64,000 bases of DNA, from NCBI GenBank assembly GCA_038496445.1, contig JALMLS010000076.1:186001-250000 (forward strand). Reading direction: 5' to 3'. The DNA comes from Trichosphaerium sp. ATCC 40318 (lineage: Eukaryota > Protista > Tubulinea). The notes under the pieces were generated by a model that was given only the letters and a program-made list of their open reading frames with translations, was not told the origin of the DNA and made no database searches. A program made the position numbers and the translations under genes. This document shows, piece by piece, positions 25,563-38,840 of the stretch. How positions within the stretch are numbered: the first letter of the stretch is position 1; every line of letters starts with the position of its first letter.

Positions 25563-25905
25563 AAGTGCCTTGCTTCTAGGATCACGTAATATCCCTTTAA
25601 TTTCAAATAATCGCAAACTCTTTGATGCTCTACACTCTAAACTCTTACAATGGTCTGTTTGTTACCTTACATTCGTTGTAGTTTTCTACGTTGGTTTTGG
25701 GATTTTGTTCCAATGATTTTTTAAACAGCTATTTCGGTTGAAGATTGGTTTATTATTGTATGCTTAAAAACTAGGATTATGCTCGCAAAAACACTTTAAT
25801 TGGTAGTTTGCAGTAAATCACGTGGTATTTACAAACTCGTATATTCACTTAATTAGCTTTCGTGCTTCACCGTGACTCACGGGTCTTATCCTATATAGTC
25901 TATTT

Positions 25906-26124
25906 TTACTTGCTCTTGTACTTGTGGTTATCATTCTGTCTGTAAACCAGATTATTGGTACTAGTTAGAGTTGTTTGGAATGCAGTTTTTGCAGCTTGAT
26001 ATTTGCTATTGAAGTTGCCGTCTTTGTCACACTCGCGAGGGCCATGACTAAGCCATTTGCTTTTATTGCAAAAGACTGTTACCGAATCGGCTGGAGGAAG
26101 AGCGATTTTTTTAGACATTTGCAC
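25906..26124 (-). CDS. Small hypothetical ORF
   Basis: 72-aa ATG-started ORF with hydrophilic, coding-like composition. No motif. Confidence 0.25.
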   Translation of the reverse strand: MQMSKKIALPPADSVTVFCNKSKWLSHGPRECDKDGNFNSKYQAAKTAFQTTLTSTNNLVYRQNDNHKYKSK

Positions 26125-26606
26125 TTATGAAGGAAAACTGGACAGTGACAGAAGACAGATTGAACTGGGACGTGATTGGCGATAAAATACACACACAATG
26201 TCAGCCTCACTAGAGCCGCCAAAAGAAAGAAAAGGCTCAACGAGCTAGAAAAGGTGCTCAGGCAAAGCGTAGCGGGGTGGTAGGCGCTTGTATTTTGGAA
26301 ACAAAACAAAGTCAAGACAAAGTAGGTGCTGTTTATTTAATGATACCCACAATAGCGGATGCAAGGTGACTATTACAAAGCTTAGCAGGCCAAATGCAGT
26401 AGGTGGAGACTGGTTAAAAACTAGAGAAATTTCTGATTGTTGGATTTAAGTAATTGTCTTGGTACAAAAAGCTCCTTTGAACAAAACCGCATGACGAAGA
26501 CCTCAAAGAAGAATCTAGGGTTTTCTTTTCCCCCTGTTTTTCCACCATTAAGTCACGTGATTTTGACACACATGCTTACAACCACATTCTTACAGTCAAC
26601 ACAACA

Positions 26607-27474
<868 letters not shown>

Positions 27475-27994
27475 AAATGTTTCAACAACGCTATCGAAAG
27501 TGTTGAACACTGCGATGACTGCTCAGTAAATTGAAAGGCTGTTAATAAACAATATCTAAATTCAATACTCAGATGTTGTCAGTTTAAAGTACTAGTTGTG
27601 GGTTGTGTACATACTAAGCTTGGTGGAAACCATTGCTTACTGATCAGTATGCCTCGTATAACAAAGTAAGGAGGGGATTGCATAGGCATTCAATAGTTGA
27701 CTTTGATTTCGATACAAAAGAAAAACTACCCCATGTTTATAATTACGCCATTTCATACTAGGTAACAAAAAGCAAGTTAGTTCGTTGTATGTAGTTATTT
27801 GAAAATTGTGGATGACTTGAAAATTTTTTTTATGTGACATCGCTCAAGCTCTCCGTTTTGGTAAAGCAGAAATTGTTGATGCTAAAATAACCACGCGTGA
27901 AGAAAACAATCAGCCAAACGCATCTGTTTAAAATCTTCCAGTACAGATTGTCAACATCTTTCTTTGCTTGACACGTGATATTCTAGATTTCACA

Positions 27995-28651
27995 ATGAAC
28001 CAACCAGGCGTAGAATACCTATCAAATCAAATCATAGCATATGCAAATGATCCAATAGCCAATAAACCAAAACCTTGGGCTGAACGTAACAAAAAAAAAC
28101 TTGTAGCAGCCGGTGTAGGCGTTGGTATGGCTTTATTGGCTGCGCCATTGGCTATATTAGCTGCACCCGTAGTATTAAGCACGATTGGCTTCACAGCTAC
28201 AGGAATTGCCGCTGGATCGGCCGCTGCAGCAATACATCGCTCAATAGGCTCTGTTGCTGCAGGTTCTCTGTTCGCTGCAGCTCAATCAGCAGGAGCAGCT
28301 GGTTTGGGAGTCGCTGGCTATCTTTTTGTAGGAAGCACCGCAGCAATTGTTGTTGGAGTAACCAGTGTAGCTACTGGTACCTTTTTAGCTTCAGATTCGC
28401 CTTCCACACAAGACGCCGAAGAAACCGAGAAGCCAGAAGACGCACTGAGAAGATTTGTTACCAAAATACTTAGCTTGTATCTATCTAAACAAACTGCAGA
28501 TTTGGCTACCTTGAAGTATGATACAGACGAGTTTAAAGATGCCCTAGCTACTGGAGATATGTACGACACAGCAGTGGAGTACATTTATCTACGATTCCAA
28601 AACTACAATGGCCTGTTTCTTAAAAATGAAGAAAAGTTGTTTAAAGAATGA
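27995..28651 (+). CDS. IFI6/IFI27 (ISG12-motif)-like membrane protein, intronless
   Basis: IGFTATGIAAGSAAAAIHRSIGSVAAGSLFAAAQSAGAAG matches the Ifi-6-16 motif GFT..GIAAGS.AA...V.AGS.FA..QS.GA. Confidence 0.85.
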   Translation: MNQPGVEYLSNQIIAYANDPIANKPKPWAERNKKKLVAAGVGVGMALLAAPLAILAAPVVLSTIGFTATGIAAGSAAAAIHRSIGSVAAGSLFAAAQSAGAAGLGVAGYLFVGSTAAIVVGVTSVATGTFLASDSPSTQDAEETEKPEDALRRFVTKILSLYLSKQTADLATLKYDTDEFKDALATGDMYDTAVEYIYLRFQNYNGLFLKNEEKLFKE

Positions 28652-29955
28652 AGACAATCAATCTCTGCTCTTTGTAAACAAATAGAACAATCGTTCTTCG
28701 TATTTTCTCGGATGTAACATACAGGCTTTCATTAGACAGGTACCATGTAAATAAAGGTGTTCCTTTAAGCAAGAGAAGTCCATGTTGCCTTTAGCATGGT
28801 CACATTAAAGATTACATAAACGCTACTGTCCTTCAAAGATTACAGTGTCTTCATCATCTTACCTTAGCACAATGTTAAGCATAAGCAGTGTGTTTGGATA
28901 ATAAAAGCTTGTTACACAAAGCATTATCTAACTGTTCCTATTTATATTTAACAATCACGTGTTAATTAATCTTCAGAACTTTTGAAAAAAAACCCCAAAA
29001 AAGTGGTGTTGGCGTCCCGTGATTTGAGTGAGTTTTAGGGCTTGACGATGTTTCTTTGTGAAACAACCGCCTTCCCAAGAAATCGAAGTAATGTTATTTT
29101 TGTTTATAAGACATTCGCTCTACCAAATGAGCTACAGAATGAACTGCTTGGGTTCGAACCAAGTACCTAATGCGAGAAAATACGGAGTAAAGCACAAAGA
29201 CTATGCACCACACTAAAAGGAAGAAAAGCGCTATTTTTAAAAACAAACAATTGTTGGAGAAAAAAATATTGTGGGAATGCTCCATTAGCTCTTGATGGAT
29301 ACGTAGGCGCTTAAAAGTACTGGTATCTTCCTTTACAAAAGGGTTTAGAGTGTTTTGCTAAAGATTTGAACGAACTAAAAGCTGTCCTCGTTAAACTGTC
29401 AGAATTCGATTTAAATGTGCCAAAATATAGCGACGACACCGCTTAAAAGTTTCTCCTCCGTGACAAATAAGGATGAAATAGTGCCAGTTTTCCTGTTATT
29501 TGTAGTATGCATTATCCGAGAAAAATTACAGAAAATTAGTTTGGCAAGATCGATTTGATACTACAGTTGGTAGCGGAACTTTGAAATTAAAAAACCAATA
29601 ATCTATTCTACCTTCAACTGTACAAACTAAAATGGTACACACAAGAGCCCTTTTGAGCCAGGACGCATGGAGAAAGTAATGCATTTAGAAAATAAAGCTG
29701 CTAAAGCGCACACAGGTATCTATCTTTTCGAACAATTGATAAATGCATCTTAGACCGGTTGGAAAGAATCACTGTATTTTTACTTGGTGAGCTTGAGGTT
29801 TGCACCAAGCGCTTGCCGTGCGTGAGTAGTAATGATAGAGTGTTAGTTCTTGTTTTTGGTTTTTGGTTTTGATCGAGAACATTGATTCAATAGATTCTCC
29901 AAAGCTATTTATGTGCGCTTTCAACAGCCAATTTAACAGTTAGTGTATATGCTGT

Positions 29956-31671
29956 TTAGGGTTTTGTTTGTAACGATGGATAGAAAGGACTTTCATATGT
30001 AATCGAAGTGTTGTAAGTGTAAATTGCGTGAGCACTAGGAAGAGCCTTGATACACTCATCTGTAATATCTTTGCAATTAGAAAGATGAATGATATGTACT
30101 CCAGCAAGTGCTTTAACACCTTCATCTGTTATCTGGCACCCTTGAAGCTGAATGACATGAACACCAGCAAGTGCCTTGATACCCACATCTGTTACGCTTG
30201 TATAACCAAGATCAATAGTATGGACACCAGCAAGAGCTTTTATCCCCTCATCTGTTATGCCTGCACATTTTGCGAGACCAACAGTATGTACTCCAGCAAG
30301 CGCTTTTATCCCTTCATCTGTGATGTCATTACAAATAGTAAGGTAAATGGAATGTACTCCAGCAAGCGCTCTCAACCCTTCATCTGTTATGTTTGTATAA
30401 CAGAGCCTAATGGTGTGAACCCCGGCAAGTGATTTTATCCCTTCATCTCTTATGTGTTGACAATCGTCAAGAGAAATTGTATGTACTCCAGTAAGCGCCT
30501 TTAAGCTTTCATCTGTTATATTTGTTTTGTCGAGATCAATATGATGAACTCCAGCAAGAGCTTTTACCCCTTCATCTGTTATTCTCATACAACCACTCAA
30601 TGAAATGTGATAAACTCCAGATAAAGCGATTATCCCTTTATCTGTAATTTGTTCACATGATCTCGTGGAAATTGTATGTACTCCAGCAAGTGCTTGAATG
30701 CCTTCATCAGTGATGTTTGGACAAAAACAGATATCAATGGTATGTACCCCAGCAAGTGCTTTAATACCTTCATCTGTGATTGTACCATAATAAGAAAGGT
30801 TAATATCATGAACTCCAGCAAGTGCTATGACGCCTTCATCTGTTATACTTAGTCCTCTAGCATCAATAGTATGAACACCAGAAAGAGCTTTTATCCCTTT
30901 ATCTGTAATTTTTCTACAAGCTAAAAGACTAATAGTATGTACTCCAGCAAGTGCTTGAACACCTTTATCTGTTATGGACGAACATCTATCCAGAAAAATT
31001 GTATGAACGCCAGCAAGTGCACATAACCCTACATCTGTTATGAGTGTATCACCAAGATTAATATGATGAACACCAGCAAGAGCCTTGAAGCCTTCATCTG
31101 TTATCTTTGAACATGCTAAGATATCAATAGTATGTACTCCAGCAAGTGCTTTAATACCTTCATCTGTGATTGTACCATAATAAGAAAGTTTAATATCATG
31201 AACTCCAGCAAGTGCTTTGACGCCTTCATCTGTTATACTTAGTCCTCTAGCATCTATAGTATGAACACCAGAAAGAGCTTTTATCCCTTCATCTGTTATG
31301 CCATTGTTCCAGCGAAGATCAATATCACGAACACCAGCAAATGTTTTGACAATATCATCAGGTTCAGATTTGACAACAATTTTGATTTTCGTATGTTGGA
31401 GAGTACTTGAATGTTGTAAAACTGCTGAGGCTTGTGAGGCATTTGTAATATAAACGCTATGGTATCCGATAATATCGTGAATGATAGAAGCAAGGCGATG
31501 ACATGTTTGACAAGCTGCAAATCGTGCTTTTGTCGTTTTAAGTAAAATATGTGCTAAAATCTCTGTTGGCAGGTCTAGAATGCTTTTTTCAGCACTAGCA
31601 TAATTAGCATACACGAATACGCTAATTTACACGTGCGTTTGCTCTTCGGTGTTTACAACCTTTTTTAACAT
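29956..31671 (-). CDS. F-box + ~20 leucine-rich repeats (GVHxIxLxxxxITDEGIKALA)
   Basis: The ORF 29956-31614 lacks an in-frame ATG. ATG 31671 (MLKKVVNTEEQT) plus a short phase-2 intron ending at ~31595 restores the frame to SILDLPTEILAHIL. Confidence 0.92.
30729..31296. repeat. Internal ~178-bp direct duplication (30729-30906 = 31119-31296) within the LRR array
   Basis: The two blocks are offset by 390 bp and differ at 6 positions by manual comparison. Confidence 0.9.
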
Positions 31672-33065
31672 CAAGAGAGGCTTTATGTTGGAGGTTTATA
31701 TCAAGGAGTACGGAAGAGGAGCGGTTATCTTATTTATTCCCGTGAGATAGTTATCTCCGGACGGTGTACAATACAAGGGAATCACACTCCGTGAACTCGG
31801 AGGTGTTACATGTGTTACATTTACACTCTTACATTTGGAGGTTAGTTTTGCTACGAAATAGTCGTAATAGCTAGTCCTCATTAGTTAGCTTAAGTAGTTA
31901 GTCGCTCATTCACATAACAATTACTTATCAATTGACAACGTCTCACTCAGCTTCGATCCCCTGGATCACGTAGCCAGATACCCTTCCCATTTATTAAATT
32001 GGAGTTATCCCTTGTACATGTACAACAAATTACATATCAATTGAAGCATTAAATCTATCGTTTGAAATCATGTACCTAAAATATGTTTAACGTTTGAGAT
32101 AGTTCAGAACTTCACTGGTTTCATTCAATCAATCAACACAAAACTTTTTGAATATTAAGTTTATGTACAAGGTTAAGTCATTATCATCAGTCTGGAGCGT
32201 TACATTGGAAGTCACGCTCTGCATTGTGACGTGCAATGGCCATATTTAGTATGCATTCATTCCAAAGTAATACCACGAAGATTCATTGTGAGCTTACACA
32301 AATGTTTCTCTGAACGTCTGCTACTAATAAATTACGCTATTATCCTACAACCAAGGCCACGATTCCTTCAATACAACCGTAGAAAAATAGTTGCTATGGT
32401 TTTTGCACACAGTGCACTTTATGCGTTTTCAAGTTCTATTGCATCTTGAATAAGTACTTATTTAACAATGTGTTCTGTAGGTGATTCAACATAGTATTTT
32501 TTGCTAGTTTTTTTGCTTGTACAGAACCCTTTCTGAACTGATAATATTCGTCTATAACAATTGTTTTGTCATTGTTTTCAATTATAGGCATATCATGGGT
32601 ACATCCAAATAAACGGACAGGCATTTTCCTAAAACAACAAAGAAGTAAACAAAATGCTCTTTCCAAAAAAAGAAGAAACTTTTTGAACAAAAAAACAAAT
32701 CTTGATGGGTTTTGCTCCTTGTCGTTCACTGGACCCCGTAATTACCATTATGTGGTACTTGAGAGGTAGTAGTTTAAATAAAGGAGAGAATGTTGTGCTA
32801 TTGAAAAAGATGACTTTGGAGGCGTACCTTGTTCTTAATACACTTATTGTATAAATCAATAACGTCGTTGGTCACATCAAGAAGTTCTGCTTCTCTTTCA
32901 AGGTAGTCAAACCTATACCTATTCTTTACGTAATCTAAGTACAGATCCTCATTGTGTCGATGTCATGTGACCCCACTGTTGGCAACTGTGACAGATAGTG
33001 GCTAACTATTGCACGTGTACCTAAAGTTAAACTCACTTCACATCAAAAGCAGTACCACTTCAGTG

Positions 33066-36000
33066 ATGACACGCAGTACACTATTTGTAATAACAATACT
33101 CTGTGTTCTTGTGGGAGGTACAAGATCAAACGATTTTTATGGAGGCTTACCGTAAATTCTTCACTCTACAAGCTTTGGTAATTTACGTTCTAGGTGTCTT
33201 AAGTAGTGGCGGATATGCGACTGGAAAGTATGTTCGATACAATGATAGGTTTGGATTGCGTGTGCCAATGGCGAAGGGGCTTGTTGGAGGAGAAAAGACT
33301 ATTGTAGCCGCTCCCGCTGAAGATACTGATTCTGTAGAAAGATCAAAACGAGGCTCGATCGCAACACTTTTTAAGGTTTTCGCAAGTCAAGCATCAAGTA
33401 CGTTTCCATGTTATTGTTTTTTCAAGTCTCTTATTTGTTCTTCAGCCGTGGCAAATGGCGATCTTCAACAACAAGTGGGAGATGAAATATACGGCAGACT
33501 TGTTGCTGTAATTCCTGGTAAAGATGAGATGGCTATTTTGTATTTGAACGCTGATGACAGCGATCTTAATTTACGATGGCTTCAATACAATGAATCTGGT
33601 GTAAGTCCGCAAGGTCAATATTCTCGTATCTAATACGCTACAAGTACTACCTAAAAGATGGAAGTTTAAACTTGAAAACTAGCCCCGTCGTTGGTGCAAC
33701 GATTCGATCATTTACCGCTGTTTATGATGAGAGTACGATTCATTTTAATCCTGTTGATTGAAAATCTGAAAAAATGTAATAGCCGATGATCTGTATTACT
33801 TCGCTTACATTGGAACTTCTCAACAACTAATTTTAAGTTCCTTTCCTTCTCCAGGGAGTGTACACGCCTCTAAAGAAGTATCGTTCGGTATGTGAACTTG
33901 TACACTGAGATATACAGCTAAGCTCACCTATGCTCTTCGTAGACTTAAACAATCCTGAAGATATTACCCTGACTATCGGAGACAAGAATAACCTCCTCCT
34001 TGTATACGTGACCAAAGATGGACGCAATCTCACAGCGGTGGCTATTCCAAAAGATGTAGATAATCAGAAACGATCAATGCTAGTGATGAACAATTTGGAT
34101 AAAACCAACACTCATTCATTCAGAGTGATGAGAAATTTCGCACGTGCTAAACACGTGATTGCATGGAACATGGACACACCAAACACGCGTACATCTTATA
34201 TTCAATTTATGAGTGTGGACTATACCACAGGCATTATCTCACTTACAGGAAACGAACCAATTGAAATATCCACCAAAGAGAATGGATTCAAAGGATACGG
34301 ATCTATTGAGTTTATCGATATGACATCAACCGAAGACAAAGCCGGTGAGATCATCGCTTATATTACTCACGGAGGTGAATCATATCAACCAGTGATCGCT
34401 TTGAAAGATAACGGAGATATTGTAAGAGGTGGAGTTAATTTCCGTGAAGGCTCTGTTCATATTGCGAATATTCTTTTTGGATATGATTGTACTATTATTG
34501 TGCGTTGTTCTCACGTTTTATACCTTCTTACATTAGCTAGTTATTAGTAACTCCAAAGGACTTTTCTACAATGTATTACAGAGTACTAGAGACATGTGAG
34601 TATACTACACCTGCCAATACAACCGAGACAGCCGTTATACGTATGCTTATTCATTTGGAATCAACACTTATTTCTAATACTTTTCTAAGAACCTATCTCG
34701 TATCTTAATTGTCGTGTGGCACAAAGTCTAAGACAGTTTGATAACTTACGAAACTATACGTTTACAGTAACGAAAACTGGATTGGGAACGCTGAATGGTG
34801 TTCACTTTCTTATTATAGCAGTTGGTACTGATCTCAACTACCTTTATAAGTACTATCCTCATCCTGGTCGCATCTATTTCATCTCTTATTAAGGTAATCA
34901 AAAGCAAAGCAACTAACATACCAACCAGTATACTAGATCTCGCTTTTGGTCGTTATAGTCACGTGTTCGAGTTTGAAGGGTCTCCAAGGACAATCTTACA
35001 AGGAACGAATGAAGCCAGACTCTTCTTTCAAAATGAAAACAAGCGCATGTTTATGAGTTTTGAAGCTGGCGCCACGGTAAGAACATTAAATACACATCAA
35101 AGACACTAACTCTGTAAACCCAGAAATCCGTTGAAGTGAGGACGCCGAGTACACTCGTTCTTTCGACTACCCAGCACATTTATCAAACACACTACATACC
35201 AAGTACAAAAAATGTTGTTATTCTGTGATGAAACTAACTTTAACAGATCTTGGATTATGGGCTACAAATACCAATACAGCAACAGTTTTGTTGACAAATG
35301 ATGGAGAGATTACACGTAAAGAGAGGAATGTTACAATGTCGCTAGCTGCAGTGATACAGATTGAGAATGATTGCTTTGTACAAGGGACTTTAGACACAAA
35401 AACAAAGAGCCTACTTCTCCGAGTTTATTCACTTGAACAAGTACGATGACTTTTCTCTCTGAATACATCTTGCCTACCGAAAAAACGGGTGTTTCACATA
35501 ACAAGCAGTTAATACAAAAACAGTATTAACATTGAGTAGGTATTCCCACAGTACAATGTAACCGGCTTCAATTACACAAGGCAATTCCGGGATGACCCAG
35601 ATCTTATGGCTTATAATACGGAAACAAATACAGTGCTCTTCATAGATCCAACTTTACATGATGATGGTTTTATAAGGGTTCACAGAGTAAAGGTTAATTG
35701 TCAGAACGGAGAATTCTCAAATGAACAGACTACAAAGTTACACGCAGGGTTCAATGGAGTTACTTATGACCAAAGCCAGTACCGTGGTGTATCTGTTTCT
35801 GCCTTGTACGGTTCACAATTTGATTTCAAGATCATACTGTACATTGGAGATCGTGGCAATGCTCCATTGAATCAACTTAATTATGAGTATGCAATAGCAC
35901 CAAGATCAAGCTCTAGAGGAGGAAGAATTTTCCAAAATTATGGAGCAAGACCAGGAGATATGCTTTATGACCGAAATCAGAGTTTATACTTTGTACGCCA

Positions 36001-36300
36001 GACAATACGCTCGCTCACTTCTAATACAACTCCTAGGTGACAGCAAATACATTCTCAGGTATTTTTGGAACAGAACTTGAATTTTTTGTTCAAAATGAAG
36101 AGAATTTTGCTACCTGTTTGAACGACTATGTCCCTCCATCCGTACCTACACCTGGACCTACACAAGTAACACAACCAACAACCTCACAATTAGAGCCTAC
36201 TTCGAATGAACCTGTATCACCAACTCAAGAGTCATCTGCAATATACATTACGACAAAACTACTTCTTGTATTTTGTATGTACATTCTCATTGTACTTTAA
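33066..36300 (+). CDS. Large secreted/cell-surface protein, beta-rich, with Pro/Thr/Ser stalk and probable GPI signal
   Basis: Signal peptide MTRSTLFVITILCVLVG, many exons. C-terminus VPTPGPTQVTQPTTSQLEPTS...ESSAIYITTKLLLVFCMYILIVL*. Confidence 0.75.
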
Positions 36301-36713
36301 TACACAAATACATTATTTTCTGCGGCCAATTGGCAGTTCAGCGTTCACTTATGAAAATGCCAACCAATCAGTGCCTGCAATTACGGCGTGTTTACACGGC
36401 CAACTACAGCACCAAGTTTAGACTGATCAAGCAAGTGCACTAGTTCTGTGATATTAAAAGGTAACTAAAACAGTGAATATAACAAGATCATGACGTACAC
36501 AAAGACATGATGGACTTGTGTAAGTTCTGAGTATAAATTGTTTTTGTCTATTAGTCACGTGATATATTTACTAATAAAAGGTTATGTAATATTCAAGGTG
36601 CGTATACTTATAAATATTGTGTAGACTCAAACAAAACCATCTCTTTAATATAGCTTGTGTTTGACATTTTGCACTTAAAAAAGGCATTGTGGTACCACTG
36701 AAGTTTTATAATA

Positions 36714-38598
36714 TCAAGTAAAAACGCCATTTTTGCATGCATGTGAAGGCTCGCTTTGATCAACATGAATCTCAACCTTTAATTCAAAATCAATAAACAA
36801 ACAAAAGAAAAAATACACTGGATGAAAGTGCGTACAGTAGCAGTTACAGGATGACTTGTTTCAACGTCTACTGTATTTCCTACAGGCTTCCTTGAAGCAT
36901 GCATTGTAAATTCGCCATATTCAATTTCAATACTATAAGTCACGTGCTTGATTGATTGGAAGAGTAAAATCTTGCTAAAATCAAAATGCCATTTTGTTGA
37001 GTTTACAAGACGAAGTGAGGCGCTTGCTTGTGTACTTCCTGTACTATAGCTAGATGATAACATGTTACCTTGTATTATAGTGTCTTCAACTATAGTAAAT
37101 TTTGCCTCTCGTTCATCAAGCATAACACTAGTATTGTGGCAATTGTCGAACTGATTACCGATAATGTTAAGTCCCAAAATAGACGTATGTTTTTCTGTCG
37201 CCTTCAAAACTACGTTACCACCACAAAGGAAAAATGAGTCTGATATCGTTAAATGCTCTGGAGCTACAGCTACGATGCTATTATAGTCTAAGTAAACACC
37301 TAAAAACAGGATTAAGGTCAAGTGAGAGAAAAAACGAACAAAGAGAAATTGATACAAATATTTCTATTATGCTTACCCAAGAGACGGTTTTGTGTATATC
37401 CTGGAGCATTTACAAGAATACCAATACCTCCCTGGCCAGTTGCACAGTTCCATGTATGTACTCCTTTTAATAAATTTGCAGCACCTGTAACTTCAACACC
37501 TAGCAAACATTGTTAGTCCAAGCCATAAAGATTTTTAGTACCAATGTGCGCTCCAAATATGATTGTATCTGAGATAAAATGATCGTTCCCTAATAGTTGT
37601 ATACCACGTGACATTGAACTACCACATTGTTTTTTCCTTGAATCGGAATAGTAGTACTCTCCAAACCAGCTATTATGGATCATAGTCGCATGACCACCTG
37701 TGACCTGAAAAACAAAAAAAAGTCAAAGTTAGCGATGAACGCTCAAAAACACAACGTTTCAAGTGACGTACTGTAACGCCAGCTTGTCTGTATCCAATGA
37801 AAAACATCTTTGGTCCAACGTTTGCGCCCATTGTACGTATGATGTTAATACCACCAAGAGCGCGGTGGTTTGAATCAAGCAACATATCTTCAAACCCAAC
37901 ATTCTCATTACAGGACCCTTGAGAGTTCGTACACGGACCGCCAACAGATATCAGGAAATCAGTTTCAGGAAACGTGTTAGAAGCTCTTATGGTGCCTAAA
38001 CCAATACCAATGAGTGATTACCTGGATTTGTGAACGTGACACAACAACATGTCAGTCAGAGAAAGCAGTTAAGGTCAAAATAGTACCGCTAACAAATCTA
38101 AAGTTGCCGTAGTTTCTAGGTATCACTATAGGCTTTGAAATAACGTAATCTCCTCCGCCCAAATCAACTGAAGCGCCTCCCAAATCATGAATATCATTTG
38201 CCATCATGTGGCCACTCGTATTGCGTCGAAGAAGAGCTATGTAAACATGTGTTAAGACGTCACTTAACATTACGAAAACTGTACCTTGTAAAACCTTCTC
38301 AAATGCTTCTGTGCTATCTGTCTTCCCTGTAGGGTCAGCTCCATAGTCTGTAGGATAAATAGTAGAAGATGAAGCGTCTAGAGACTAAGAGGGTAAAAAA
38401 AAAGAATATTCACGTGAATCTTTGTATTACATCTGCTACCACGTGGGTATTGAAGATATTTCGAACAATTGGGATATAACGTTTATGCTCTGGCACAAAA
38501 TGATGCACTAGCTTCTTTTTCGCGTACAAAGAGTCATGCAAAGTGTGACAGAATACCAATATGAAACAGAAAAGAAACAGAAGAGTGTATCTCAGCAT
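36714..38598 (-). CDS. Secreted pectate-lyase-superfamily (right-handed beta-helix) protein
   Basis: Signal peptide MLRYTLLFLFCFILVFC. IYPTDYGADPTGKTDSTEAFEK and VDLGGGDYVISKPIVIP are typical of the Pectate_lyase_3 N-terminus. Confidence 0.85.
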
Positions 38599-38840
38599 TT
38601 TTTTTTGTTTTCTGTAAAACTTAATTGCAGTTAAGTTGTATTTACAAATACAATTCCTTGTAAAGCAGTGCGCGCTCCGGAACAACTATTTAACGCTTTG
38701 TTTAAGCACAAATCAGGTGATGTATAAATTATATTATAATCACTTGACTGTGCCGCTGTGACAACATCAAATATTCCATTTTTGATAATTATTTGCTGAA
38801 GCCACGCTGATACAACACGTGAACTTTTATTTTCTGAGCT

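Noticed and set aside
30028-30432. Antisense ORFs over repeat genes (also 43811-44308 and 60331-60771)
   Set aside because: These are shadows of the repetitive LRR/MORN coding strand.
32231-32859. Overlapping short ORFs between the F-box-LRR and surface-protein genes
   Set aside because: No coherent splice model or motif. It may be a decayed gene, but no call can be supported.
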